Shown here in pieces: positions 51,208 to 61,972 of a stretch of DNA of 64,000 nt (positions are counted from its first letter, which is position 1; every line of letters starts with the position of its first letter). Under the pieces are notes generated by a model that ran no database searches, had not been told where the DNA came from, and saw nothing but the letters and a program-made list of their open reading frames with translations. The DNA is from Ostreococcus lucimarinus (taxonomy: Eukaryota), in the NCBI GenBank assembly GCA_000092065.1, contig CP000583.1, one strand, 5' to 3'. Both the position numbers and the translations under genes were made by a program.

Positions 51208-51632
51208 CAATAGCGTGCGAAAACCTGTGCCGTCTTCTTTTCCCCCTCGTCACGTCTCGTCGAGCGCGTCGTCGAGCGCACGCTTATGCCGTCTTCGCTC
51301 GACGCGCGCGATCGGCGGTTCGCGGTTCGCGCGCGCGCGCCGACGATCGCCCCGCGATTTAGGGTTGTGCGCGTGCGATTTATCAATCTAGTGTGTTCTC
51401 TACATGGGCGATCGAAGACGTTGAATGCGCAATTGCCCCCCGCCTCGTCGCGCGACCGGCTCGAGCGATCGATGGTCGTCATCCTCGCGCGCTAACCGCT
51501 TCGCCCGTCGCGGGCTCGCACGCGGATTGGTCGCGGCGTGACAGCGACGCGCTCGCGTCAGCTTGGTCGACATCGGCACGAGGCGGCGCTCGAGGAGTAA
51601 TCCTTGGCGCATCTCGGTGCCGCGCACTCGCC

Positions 51633-52783
51633 ATGGCGATGTCGGCGAACCCGTTCATGGCGCTCGACGAAGACGCCCCGCGCGCGCCCGCGCCGAGCGC
51701 GAAAGCGGCGAGCGCGCCCGCGAGTAAGCCGGCGACGAAAGGTGCGCGCGCCGCGCGCGACGCGAGCGCCGGGGTGGGGCGGAGACGATCGCACGGCGGC
51801 GAATGGGAATTTAACCGAGCGTTCACGCGGTCGGGACGACGATGCGCGCGCGCGAACCCGCGGACGCGCGCGACGCGACGGGAAAAGCAATGCGCGGATG
51901 AGGGTAAACCCCAATCGAGGGCTGACGATGACTGACGCTTTGATTTTTTATCTCTCACGCAGTCGCTGCGCCCGCGCGAAGCAACGGTGGCAGCAAAGCT
52001 AAGCCTGCGAAGGCGACTCGTGAATTCGAGGGCGAAGTTATCGGTGCCGAAGGCAGCAAGGGGTTCCACGCCAAGGGCGGACGAGGCGATCATAAAGGTC
52101 ACTCCCGCTCGGCTCGTCGCGGCGGACGCGGCGAAGGCGGCGAAGGCCGCCAACGCTCTCGACGCGACTTTGATCGTCGTGACGCCTCGGGTCGAGGCCA
52201 CGATGGCCACCGTGGCGGTGCCGGTAAGGGCAACTGGGGCAAAGCCGGCGACGAACTCGCCGAGCTCGGCGCCAACACCGTCGATGAAAGCGAAACCGAA
52301 CCTGAGGTCGTGGATAACTCCAGCGAGCTCACGTTCGCGCAAGCCGAAGCGCTCAAGGCCGAAAAGCGAGCGGCCCTGGCCGCTCAATGGAAGAGGCCTG
52401 AAGCTAAGGTACTCGATGGCTCTGCTCTCGAAGGCCTCAAGCTCATGTCTGGCGACGCCGACGACGCCGACTTGGACTTTGGCGGCGTCGGCGTGAAGAG
52501 CAAGCGTGACCGCACGAAGAACACCACTTCCAAGCAAAAGGTTGACGTTGGCTTCCGCATTGCTTCGACGCAACCGGCGGATGACCGTGATGACCGCGAC
52601 GACCGTCGCGGCGGTCGCGGCGGTCGCGGCGGTCGCGACTCTGGCCGTGGCGGTCGCGGTGGCCGCGACTCCGGCCGAGGTGGCCGTGGAGAAAGCTCTC
52701 GCGGTGGCCGTGGCGGTGGTGGACGTGGAGCCAACATCAAAATTGAAGACACCTCCGCCTTCCCGACGCTCGGTGGCAAGTAA
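51633..52783 (+). CDS. Stm1/SERBP1/HABP4-family RGG-box mRNA-binding protein. Exon 1 runs 51633..51723 (or ..51741); exon 2 runs 51963..52783
   Basis: Exon 1 (MAMSANPFMALDED, the Stm1_N motif). Exon 2 carries GNWGKAGDELAE (the HABP4 core), RGG repeats and a terminal AFPTLGGK (plant RGGA ends QFPSLGGK). The intron has two in-phase candidate donors (GTAAGC at 51724, GTGCGC at 51742), a CTGAC..CTGAC branch region and a polypyrimidine CAG acceptor at 51962. Confidence 0.65.
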
Positions 52784-53061
52784 TCGAGCCACTTGCCCCA
52801 CGCCAAGCACAACGCGCGCAACACGCGCAGGTTGTCAAGTTGGCGCAACGGCGTAGGATCTGAGACGAGCGTATGCAACGGCGCGCGAAGATACTACAGC
52901 GCAATACTCGTGTACACTTCATTTCTAATATTCACGTAGACGCTATAAAGTATTTCGCTCGTGACACGCGTCTCGTCCCGCACATACTCCGACGCTTCAC
53001 TTACTAGCGCGCAGTATTGACTAAATCATCAATAGTTGCCTCTCGCGCCGTGTTAAACTCG

Positions 53062-54108
53062 ATGACGTACGAAATACTGGAGTACTCGACCACTTCAGTC
53101 GACTTCACGCCGCACGATAGCCGGTGGATTCCGCACAGCGCGCGCTTTGTTGTCCTCGGAGAAACTGCAAAGTCAACAGGAAGACTAGGTGTCTTCAAGT
53201 TGAGCGATAGCGGCGTCACCTCAGTGTGTGAGACTGAACGAGACAGTGGTCTCAAATGCTGTACATTTGGCAGTCACACGCTTCCAGAGCGATTCATCGC
53301 TACAGGAAGTCTGAGTGGTGAGCTCGAAACGTGGGACCTCGAACATGCGTCGGAACCGCGGTCGAGCTTCAAAGCGCACCGCGGCGCAGTCAACGCTATT
53401 GACGGCATTGGGGGGGGGACACATGGAATTGGTGCGCTAGAAATTGTTACAGGTGGTCGAGATGGGACAGTGAAAGTCTGGGATACGAGGCAAGACAGTG
53501 CAGTGGCAATATTTAAATCAGTCTCCGCATCAACGTGCGAATGTTGGTGCGTCGCATTTGGAAACTCTTTCGACGAGAATGAGCGCTGCGTGTTAGCTGG
53601 TTATGAGAATGGAGACGTGAAGATGTTTGATCTTCGAGTGGGCACCGTGAGATACGAGACGAACATCGCAAATGGGGTATGCAGCGTCGAATTTGATCGA
53701 AAAGATATTACAATGAACAAATTTGTTGCGACATGCCTCGAAAGTCAATTCGTGGTGTTTGATGCGCGAACGCAACACCCGGACGATGGGTTTGCTTCAG
53801 TGACACAGAATTCATCGGTCAAAACGACAATCTGGGGTGTTCGACATCTTCCTCAGGATCGGGAGGTGTTCGCCACGCTGCTCGGTGATGGTTCAGTGGC
53901 GTTGTACAGGTATGAGTACCCGGTGAAGAGACAAAGATTGTGCCCCGCTGGCAAACCTCAAGGAGTAGCAGGAAGTGCAAAACGTATTAGTTCGACGAGT
54001 CTCGCGTCGCAGCCGATCAATAGCTGGGATTGGCACGCAGAAAAGACGGGACTTGCGGTATGTAGTGGGTTTGACCAGCACGTGCGTGTTGTTGTCATGA
54101 CTAATTGA
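53062..54108 (+). CDS. WDR92: WD repeat protein 92 (Monad), a dynein-arm assembly factor
   Basis: Collinear with human WDR92 across the whole length (AINAIDGIGG, IVTGGRDGTVKVWD, NGVCS.EFDRKDI.MNK.VAT.LE). Confidence 0.85.
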   Translation: MTYEILEYSTTSVDFTPHDSRWIPHSARFVVLGETAKSTGRLGVFKLSDSGVTSVCETERDSGLKCCTFGSHTLPERFIATGSLSGELETWDLEHASEPRSSFKAHRGAVNAIDGIGGGTHGIGALEIVTGGRDGTVKVWDTRQDSAVAIFKSVSASTCECWCVAFGNSFDENERCVLAGYENGDVKMFDLRVGTVRYETNIANGVCSVEFDRKDITMNKFVATCLESQFVVFDARTQHPDDGFASVTQNSSVKTTIWGVRHLPQDREVFATLLGDGSVALYRYEYPVKRQRLCPAGKPQGVAGSAKRISSTSLASQPINSWDWHAEKTGLAVCSGFDQHVRVVVMTN

Positions 54109-54130
54109 TTTTTATTCACATCCAAAAGAA

Positions 54131-55357
54131 TTAATCTAACGCGTCGGACTCGTCGTTATTCTGCGATGCCATAGCTTTCATCAACTGCGCGAGCATCTCC
54201 TGCATTTCGTTGTTGACGCGATCTCCATTGCGAACGTCTCGCGCCGCTCGTCTGCGGAAATCCGTCTGCTGGTAGAGTGACGCAGCTTCCGTCGACGGCG
54301 GACTGGTGTCCAAGACTTCTTTAAAATCTGAATACGCAATTGCGCGTGGCCCAACAGACGTATCCTGTCCGAATTCTCCGAATTGCGCTTGCTTCCTTTC
54401 TGCTTGAAGGAAATCTCTCACGGGGCCGTATGCCGCTTGTTTGCACAAGTCGCGCAAGTCACTCCCACTAAAGCCCTCCGTCTGTGCTGCGATCTTCCAC
54501 AGCGGGCAGTCTTGACTCGGTGATATGAAACCAGCTTCCAGATTTTCTCCCTTGAGTGTCACAGCCAGCACCTGCGCACGCTGCTCCGTGTTAGGGAGAC
54601 CAACCTCAAACGCTCTCGGAAGACGTCGCAAGATTGCTTCGTCCACATCCCATGGCCTGTTCGTCGCCCCGAGCACCATCACCTGCGCGTTGTCATCCGT
54701 GTTGAACCCATCCCAAAGCGTCATGAATTCGGTCTTCATCGTCGAAGTCGCTTCGTGCTCTCCAGACTTTCTAGTACCTAAGAACGAGTCAATCTCATCA
54801 ATGAAAATGATTGAAGGCTGAAGCTTCCAGGCCAGCGTGAAAACTGCAGATACGAGCTTCTGAGCGTCACCGAACCACTTGCTTTGCAAGGTTGACGACC
54901 GAACATTGATAAAGCAGGCACGCGATTCCTTCGCTAACGCTTTTGCCAACAAAGTTTTCCCTGTGCCCGGAGGCCCATAGAGCAAGACCCCTTTCGCCGG
55001 CTGCAAGAGTTTACCTCGCGCGAAAAGCTCGGGGCGCATGAGAGGCAAAATGACCAATTCATATAATGACTGTTTCGTATCTTCCAACCCACCGATGGAA
55101 TCAAATCGCACGTCAATGTGGTCTGGGTTGGCGACGTCGGCCGCAATCACATCCTCGTACACGTTCGTGTCTAAATTAGGTCGTCCTAAACGGCTCGCCA
55201 GCTCCTTTTTCCTCTCGATTGCCGCCTTACTCGTCTGACGGTTCGGATCTAACCTCTTGAGTCCGAAGTTCAACACGATCATAGACAGCAAGGCGCTACA
55301 ACCGATGAGGAGGAGCTCCTGCAAGACCGAAGGTTGTCCACTCTGAGCGCGACTCAT
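54131..55357 (-). CDS. ATAD1: Msp1/ATAD1-type membrane-anchored AAA ATPase
   Basis: An N-terminal TM ([15 protein letters not shown]) and an AAA module near-identical in order to ATAD1 ([34 protein letters not shown]). Its 3' end is only 22 bp from the WDR92 stop. Confidence 0.85.
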   Translation of the reverse strand: MSRAQSGQPSVLQELLLIGCSALLSMIVLNFGLKRLDPNRQTSKAAIERKKELASRLGRPNLDTNVYEDVIAADVANPDHIDVRFDSIGGLEDTKQSLYELVILPLMRPELFARGKLLQPAKGVLLYGPPGTGKTLLAKALAKESRACFINVRSSTLQSKWFGDAQKLVSAVFTLAWKLQPSIIFIDEIDSFLGTRKSGEHEATSTMKTEFMTLWDGFNTDDNAQVMVLGATNRPWDVDEAILRRLPRAFEVGLPNTEQRAQVLAVTLKGENLEAGFISPSQDCPLWKIAAQTEGFSGSDLRDLCKQAAYGPVRDFLQAERKQAQFGEFGQDTSVGPRAIAYSDFKEVLDTSPPSTEAASLYQQTDFRRRAARDVRNGDRVNNEMQEMLAQLMKAMASQNNDESDALD

Positions 55358-55571
55358 CGTGCTTTCTTTCGCGCGTGCAAGCGGGTTGAGCTCGACGACA
55401 CTCGCGGCCGTGTGCGCAAAGATATCGTTACGTCCCAGACCGTCGTCTGCGTGCGCAAACTGATTTCACGCGCGCGTCAAAGTGAGGAGACGTATCGGAT
55501 CTCGTCCACTCTCGGGCGGTTTTTCTGTTCTGCTGGGCACAATTCTTGACAACTATACTACTCAAATAATT

Positions 55572-56438
55572 CTATTCCTGGTTCGGGGGCGCTTGTAAGC
55601 TCTTGGCGTTGAACGTAGCTTCGCGTTTGGCTCTCTCGACCCAGTTCATGGCCGCGATCGAGCCCTCTCGCGATTCCAATAATTTCTTGAGTTGGTCGTA
55701 CAGAGGTCTTTCGTCGAACTCTCCGAGAGCCTCGGCGACAATTTTGTTGTTCTCATTCGGCGCTAACGCAAACACTTGCCACTTGTTCGGGTATACTTTT
55801 AACGTACGCACGATCTCTCCTTGAATGCGCTGCTCCTTCAAGTAATACGTCTGCTCAAACTTCCCCACAAACTCTTCTGCCCGTCGCTTCCACGGCCCAA
55901 AGCCGAAGTCGCCAATGATGGCGCCCTTGGTGTTCCATTGCGGGTTAGCGATGATCTTTAGACGGAAATCGTTTTTGTTTTCGATCGCCCGCAAATCATC
56001 CAAGACCTCGGCCGTCGGAAACGAGACAACGACGTCGGAACCAAGCGTCAGAGCCGCCACTGCATCGGCGTCGTCGATGACGCGTTGTTGGCACGTCCCC
56101 TCGGCGCCGGCGTTGATTAGTCGCAGCACCTCGCTCACCATGGGCGCTAGAGCGCCGTATTGTTGACGGATCCCGCCCGGCCAATCATCAAGATCGGTAG
56201 CACCGATCAAAGGAAGGTTCAACTCGATCGCTTGCGTCGTTTTTCCGTCCCTCAACGCCGCTTCGATCGCCCCAGCGGCTTGCTCTATCTGCTCCTTCGT
56301 GTTCAACGGAAGCGATGGGAGGGCGCTGACGACGGTTCGCGCGGCTCGCGCGGCTCGCGTGCGCGTTTTATTCATCGAGCGTCGCGCGAGCGACGGCGAC
56401 ACGCGCGCATTGGTCGAACACGATGACGACGACAGCAT
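55572..56438 (-). CDS. DUF1995-like protein with a Ser/Thr/Arg-rich plastid-type transit peptide
   Basis: ELNLPLIGATDLDDWPGG..QYGALAPMV resembles the DUF1995 core. The N-terminus is MLSSSSCSTNARVSPSLARRS... Confidence 0.45.
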   Translation of the reverse strand: MLSSSSCSTNARVSPSLARRSMNKTRTRAARAARTVVSALPSLPLNTKEQIEQAAGAIEAALRDGKTTQAIELNLPLIGATDLDDWPGGIRQQYGALAPMVSEVLRLINAGAEGTCQQRVIDDADAVAALTLGSDVVVSFPTAEVLDDLRAIENKNDFRLKIIANPQWNTKGAIIGDFGFGPWKRRAEEFVGKFEQTYYLKEQRIQGEIVRTLKVYPNKWQVFALAPNENNKIVAEALGEFDERPLYDQLKKLLESREGSIAAMNWVERAKREATFNAKSLQAPPNQE

Positions 56439-56562
56439 CGTCCGTTCTCGAGGCGACGTGTGCGGGTGCGACCTCCAGCCAAGCCCGCCAGACGTCCACG
56501 TGTGACGTGCGGCGACGAGGCGGGCGATGAATCGAGCCGCGACGGTGACGATAGAAACGTAA

Positions 56563-57600
56563 ATGGCAGCCCCGGATGGTGCGCGCGAGTTTTACACCGG
56601 GAAGAACGTGTGCGCGCCCATGGTGCGCATCAGCACCCTGGCGACGAGGCTCTTGGCGCACGAATACGGCGCAGACTTGGTGTACGGGGAGGAACTCGTG
56701 GACAAGCGTTTCATGCACTGCAGGCGGATATTAAATAAAGAGCTCGGAAGCGTTGATTTTATCGACGCCAAGGGCACGCTGACATTCCGCACGGTGCCAG
56801 AGGAGCGCGAGCGCGTGGTGTTTCAGGTTGGAACTTCTTCGGCGGCTTCGGCTCTGAAGAGCGCGGAACTCGTCGCCAGGGACGTAGCGGCGATTGACGT
56901 TAATATGGGGTGTCCCAAGCATTTCAGCACGTCCGGTGGGATGGGTGCGAGACTGTTGAGCCAGCCTGAATTGGTAAGAGACATATTGACCACGTTGAGG
57001 AGGAATCTGCCATCGACGACACACGTGACTTGCAAGATACGGCTGCTTGAGAGCGAGAGAGAGACAGCAGAGTTGGCGAAAATGATAGAATCTTGCGGAG
57101 TCTCTGCATTCGCAGTGCACGGCCGTTATATTCCACAGCGTCCACGCGAGCCAGCGCACTGGAATCTTATAAAGAACGTCGTTGAAGCGGTCGACTGTCC
57201 CGTCATTGCAAATGGCGATGTGGAATGTTACGAAGATTTTGCGAGAATTAGAGCCCAAACAGGCGCGGCTAGTGCCATGTGCGCAAGGGGAGCACAGTGG
57301 AACCTTTCGATATTTCGTCCAGAAGGCATGCTACCGATTGATGTGGTAAAAAAGCACTTTGTTCAAAGAGCAATCGAGTATGACAATCCGTGGAACTTTA
57401 CAAAGTTTCAGTTGCGAGAGATTTTAGTTCACAACAAGCGCATGGCTTCTGATGAGGGACAATGTCTCAATAAGTGCAAAACATGGGATGAACTCGCGGA
57501 GCTTTACTCGTTAGAAGACGTGCTGAAGGAGAGCCGAGAGAAGCGTCGGCGAGCCGCACTTCGAGACGACGACGAATACACTGACACCGTTCATCCATAG
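56563..57600 (+). CDS. tRNA-dihydrouridine synthase (Dus family, Dus2-like)
   Basis: A TIM-barrel FMN-binding core (APMVRIS..LVYGEELVD..IDVNMGCPK..AVHGRY..ANGDV). Confidence 0.8.
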   Translation: MAAPDGAREFYTGKNVCAPMVRISTLATRLLAHEYGADLVYGEELVDKRFMHCRRILNKELGSVDFIDAKGTLTFRTVPEERERVVFQVGTSSAASALKSAELVARDVAAIDVNMGCPKHFSTSGGMGARLLSQPELVRDILTTLRRNLPSTTHVTCKIRLLESERETAELAKMIESCGVSAFAVHGRYIPQRPREPAHWNLIKNVVEAVDCPVIANGDVECYEDFARIRAQTGAASAMCARGAQWNLSIFRPEGMLPIDVVKKHFVQRAIEYDNPWNFTKFQLREILVHNKRMASDEGQCLNKCKTWDELAELYSLEDVLKESREKRRRAALRDDDEYTDTVHP

Positions 57601-57653
57601 ACGTAGCTCTTAGCGTAATTCATTTCTATAGATATCTACTACATTTCATCCAT

Positions 57654-60566
57654 CTACCTCAAATACTGCGCAACACGATGTGCACGCTCGAATATAGGAT
57701 CCAAGAATGCATTGCTTGAGCGGTGGATTTCGCTTATGAAGTGTTGCATGGCGGCCTCATCATCGAGCTCTAACGCGAACTTTGACTCAAATCTAAGCAA
57801 AGCTTTTTCGTAGTCTTGATTTATGTTGATGTCAGGGATATTCGCGTCTGCCATCAGGCTGAAAAGATTCAACAGCAACACCACCGACTCACTCTTTCGT
57901 AAGATGTTGTATGCTTCGCAACAGTAAGTCTTAAACTCACTGAAGTACTCGCCCATCGCTTCGACCATCTCTTTGCAGAGCTTCATCGATGGGGGAGAAA
58001 TCTTTGGATCACGTCCCATGATGAATCCAAAGTCAATGTGAAACAACCTTCCATCTGAGGCCAGCATCAAGTTGTCCAAGTGTCGGTCCCCCACGCCCAG
58101 CAGATACGTAATCACCGAGTACCCAGCACAACTCTTGACGAAGTTCATCATCGATGTCATCGTACATCCGTTCGGGCCGTGCGGGTCGGGATTGTGTAAA
58201 GCTATGTATGTCGTCAGCTTCTCGTGTTCCTTGAGGATGTCAGCAAGCCCTTGGGACTTGACAAACTCAATGAGTCCTGTATCATTTCCAGTGGCGAGTA
58301 CACGGTACGAAGTCAATTTCAAATCAAGATTTTCTCGCTTCAAAAGCTTGTCCATCAATGAAATCATCTGCACGCAGAGTTGATCTTGCCGTAAGTCATC
58401 GCCCTTCTTGAAGATCATCGTTGCGCTGTCCCCGGTGCTGTTGGCGAAATATAATTAATAAAAAAAATAAAGTCGAATGTGAAATAATTACTCACAGCGT
58501 CTGGAACGCGAGCTTCAATGGGCTCAGCGCAGATTTGAAAACATTACTTTCACTGAAACATGAATGATTTAACCACTCGTCGAAAACGTGCAGAAATTGA
58601 GATTTACCTCGCAAGTATGCCAGTCGTCAATACCTGAGCGAAAATTAAATAATTAGACCGTGAGAAGACAAACGAAAGCTCGCAATTCTGAACGTACCGT
58701 CGGATTCAACGGGTTGGGAATGGCCTGAGGGAACGATGTTAACACAGCACCAAGCGTATTGTCACTAGAGAGAATGGCCTGCGAAGTTAATCGCGTCAGC
58801 TCCCGAATATTTAATTAATTCAGAAATAATAATTGAACGTACCCTCAGACGCTCGACTTTACGCGCCCCACGAAGCGTGTTAACTTCTTGAGTAATGATC
58901 TACCCACGTAACGTCAGAAACGAATTAATTCGACGTAATTGATCGAAAACCGTACCGTAATCTTTTCCATCAGTTCCCGCTGGAATTTCAGTGTCTCCCA
59001 AACACTACGTCCTCGTGTATCCTTCGCCCTACTAGCTCGCTCGAACATGCGGAATGCGCTCATGCTACGTTCCGCTGCTAATCCCTCCCATCCAACTTGC
59101 AAGTACCTGCGACAAAACGCGTCAGAACCAATCTTGATACATTTAATTTAATTTAATTAATTCCACGAGGTGGAGTTCTTTGCACTAATACGTACCAGTA
59201 CAAATAGTTCCCGACGACTTCGTTCGCGACTGCGCGTTCGACTAAAAATTTCGCGAGTTCGTTGTCGTCGGCTGTTTCGTAGCGTAACGCCTGTTTGCAT
59301 TTGCGAAGAAAATTTGTTAGTGAACCCATTTAATTTAACACATCGAGCACAGAGCGCACTGAGACATAGAGTATCGACAACATGTGCGCAAACGATCCAT
59401 ACCTGAACTAACTGCAGCAAATATAGCAATAGATCTTCATTCTCAGCTTGTCTCAGGATGGAAACCGCGTAACGACGTACTTCGCTGTTCGAGAAGGTTG
59501 GTGTCAGAAGTTCCAACGCTGCGGCTGGGCCGATGGGCGCCCACTCGCGCATCAGTTGCACTGAGGCCTGCGTTTCAGCCGGATCTGACCAGTCGACACA
59601 CTTAAGGAACTTTGTTAACGCCCTTGGATCGTGACTTATGGCGAATCTAAACTTCCACAGCAAATTTTGCGATTCCATGTCCAGCGGTCGCGTGGGTGGG
59701 AGTTGGATAATTGCCGACAGCCTGCGCTTCTCGGCTCCATCTGGCTTCAACTCCATATCAATAACGCCACGACCGACACTACGCGAAAGCTTTTGATGCT
59801 TACGCTCAGCCGGGTTTTCTAACATCAAATTAACCTCGTCGTCGACGAGCCAAGTCAAGCGCTGCCAACTGTGAATCTCCAGCGGCTCCACGTCTTCTCG
59901 ACGCTCGCGAAAAATCACTGGGCGCACGTACACGGGCAGCTCTACCAAGAGTTGGAAGAAGTCATCAGTCGCCTGGGCTATACGCAACTGCATACTTCGA
60001 GCATCTCGTATGCGAGAAAACACCAAATTATCCAACCAGTTCACCGAAGGCAAAGTTCCTTGCTCATACTGCACCAAGAAACTCTCGAGCTGCTGGAGCT
60101 CCGCCTGTTGCTCCATGAACTTGGCGCCAAGTTGATCGTACTCTTTCTTCGACTCACGAGCCGTCGAGAGCGCTAAACAACGCAAACCTTGTAATAATCG
60201 ATCATCGTCCCCAAAAATATCCACTCGAGAGTATCCCAACACGGTGTTCGGCAACTTTCTCGCCGAAAGTATTCTAAATTCGAGAGACGTCTCACGAGGA
60301 AGATCTCTCACTTTGATGGGAAATCTCAGCTTTTCCTTCCACTCAGCCATTCCATCGGCGTGAACAACCATCGTTGTAGAAACTTCATTCGTAAGAGGTT
60401 CCTCGTTCGACAGCAAACGAGCGCTCACAAGAATTTCACTCTCCACGGTTCCCACTCGCGAGCGAGGCAGTTTGCCGTACAGCGCCTTGACGTGCACGTT
60501 GAAGTCTAACGAGACATCTCTGCTTGAAAAGACCTTCAAGTTCTCATCTTGAACCACGTCGGTCAT
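57654..60566 (-). CDS. VPS34: Phosphatidylinositol 3-kinase class III (Vps34). Eight exons: 59403..60566, 59196..59290, 58956..59106, 58843..58899, 58698..58778, 58608..58633, 58496..58552, 57654..58437
   Basis: Exon 1 carries the C2 and helical (PIK) domains and ends LLLYLLQLVQ. Small exons encode [84 protein letters not shown] and SESNVFKSALSPLKLAFQTL. These are collinear with the human linker ([65 protein letters not shown]). The last exon is the kinase domain (GDDLRQDQL...DRH..DFG). All splice phases are consistent. Donors are GTATGG, GTACGT (x3), GTACGG, GTAAAT and GTGAGT. Confidence 0.75.
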
Positions 60567-60922
60567 CTCGAACGACCTTTTCGCCCCCCAATCGGTTCGC
60601 ACGTGCGCTAATCCACCGACTCGACCGATAACCGAATGTCGTCGGCTTTTGAATCTTCACTCGCGTCCGTCAATCCTGCGTTGCCCGCCGAGTCCGCGTG
60701 GCACACGCTTGAATAACCCACAACGCACTGGTTGCCGTCTCGCTCGCCCGCGCGCGCTCGTGCGGTTGCGCGCAGTCTGCGGTGCGCCAACGCGAACGCG
60801 ACGGGAGGAAAAAAAGCTCAGCGCGTGTGGCGCCAAAATTCCCCAGACGAGAACAGGTCGAGCAGACGCCGCCACACGAGTACGTTCAGACGGCATTCGA
60901 CGGCGTCCGCGACGCTGAGACG

Positions 60923-61972
60923 ATGCTGGCGTGTAACGCATGCTGGTGTGACCTAGACTCTGGATCGGCGTACATCGCGGCGTGCGATCACGTCTTCTGT
61001 GCGTGCGAAAGACGCGTGTGCTCTCGACCTCGACCGTTTAGGTTGCGGTTTTATTCGAATACTTCCCTCGCTCGAAGCGCGCGCATGGCGCGAGTTCGTA
61101 GAATCTGACGACAGTTGATCGACACAGGTGAAAAGGATGTGCACCTCGGCCTCGAGCAGCGACAGTGCGCGGTGTGTGCGACGAAGATGGAAGAGCGAAC
61201 TATTCGAGTCTCGGAAGTTCAACCCGACCTCGGCGAGCTTCAACGCAAGCTGACTGGCCTCAACCCGAACGACATGCTCACCGCCGTTGCGTACGGATTA
61301 AAATTTTGGGACGATCAACTCGAGCTTCGATACAGAACTGAGCTTGAAAAGTCGTTCACGAGCGCGCAAAGAAGCGCTGAGATGTACAAGAGGAAACTTC
61401 AGGTGTGTCGTCGCCTCTTGAAACGCCACATGCCATGCAAACTAACCTGATCGCACCTCCAGGACGTGCACAACGCTTATAAGAGAGCCAAGACGAAACA
61501 AGATGAACTTGCCGCTCAGTTAAAGGAACGAGAGAATGATATTGAAGAGTTACAGCATCGCTACGAAGAGAAGAGCAGAGAGAAGCGTCGTTTGGAAGAT
61601 TCAGCTGGAAGAGGCAGACCGAGCCTGGGACCACAGTTTCAGGCACGCACGGCACCTATGATGCCAGAGACTGCGGGTCGAATCGATACTCGAGGTCGTA
61701 CCGAACCTGATGGTTGGCTGCAACAACAACGGGTCTCGTCTAGCGAACTCCGCAGTCATCGTAGCTCCGAGCAACTTCACAGGAATTTACCGCAGCGTCG
61801 CACCAGTCTCACGCGCAGTTTCGACAGCGGATTGACACCTCCATCAAATTCACGCGACTCACACGAGCGCACATTTCGAGCTCTTTCTCCGTACACGCGT
61901 CAGGCAGTCGAACCACCTTCTCGGCCCGGACGTGATTCCGTCGGACTGTTCTCGAAACGACGCATATTCTGA
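60923..61972 (+). CDS. HEI10: HEI10/CCNB1IP1-like RING E3 ligase (meiotic crossover factor family). Three exons: 60923..60998, 61128..61402, 61463..61972
   Basis: The N-terminal MLACNACWCDLDSGSAYIAACDHVFC matches HEI10 (LLCNYRKCRIKLSGYAWVTACSHIFC). The second Cys pair QCAVCAT and a coiled-coil middle region are also present. Introns are 129 bp (GTGCGT..CTGAC..CAG) and 60 bp (GTGTGT..CTAAC..CAG). The spliced product is ~287 aa against 277 aa for human HEI10. Confidence 0.55.

Noticed and set aside
51479-52810. 443-aa minus-strand ORF, plus several other 150-500-aa ORFs on the opposite strand or in alternative frames of real genes (2784..3965, 11909..12500, 14185..14934, 19764..21308, 37167..37949, 47082..48041)
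   Set aside because: They are Arg/Ala/Gly-rich translations of GC-rich DNA with no domain structure. Each overlaps a gene with clear homology on the other strand or frame. The 51479 ORF is simply the antisense of the RGG-repeat exon.
58419-59156. ORF 58914..59102 (62 aa) as a stand-alone gene between the two Vps34 ORFs
   Set aside because: It is the third exon of Vps34 (YLQVGWEGL...ELMEKIT), in phase with flanking exons. Its apparent M is a TTG placeholder.
60782-61108. Treating ORFs 60782..61108, 61115..61450 and 61466..61972 as three separate small genes
   Set aside because: They share one reading frame interrupted by stop-containing segments with GTGCGT/GTGTGT donors, CTGAC/CTAAC branches and CAG acceptors. 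Joined, they form one HEI10-like protein of the expected length.
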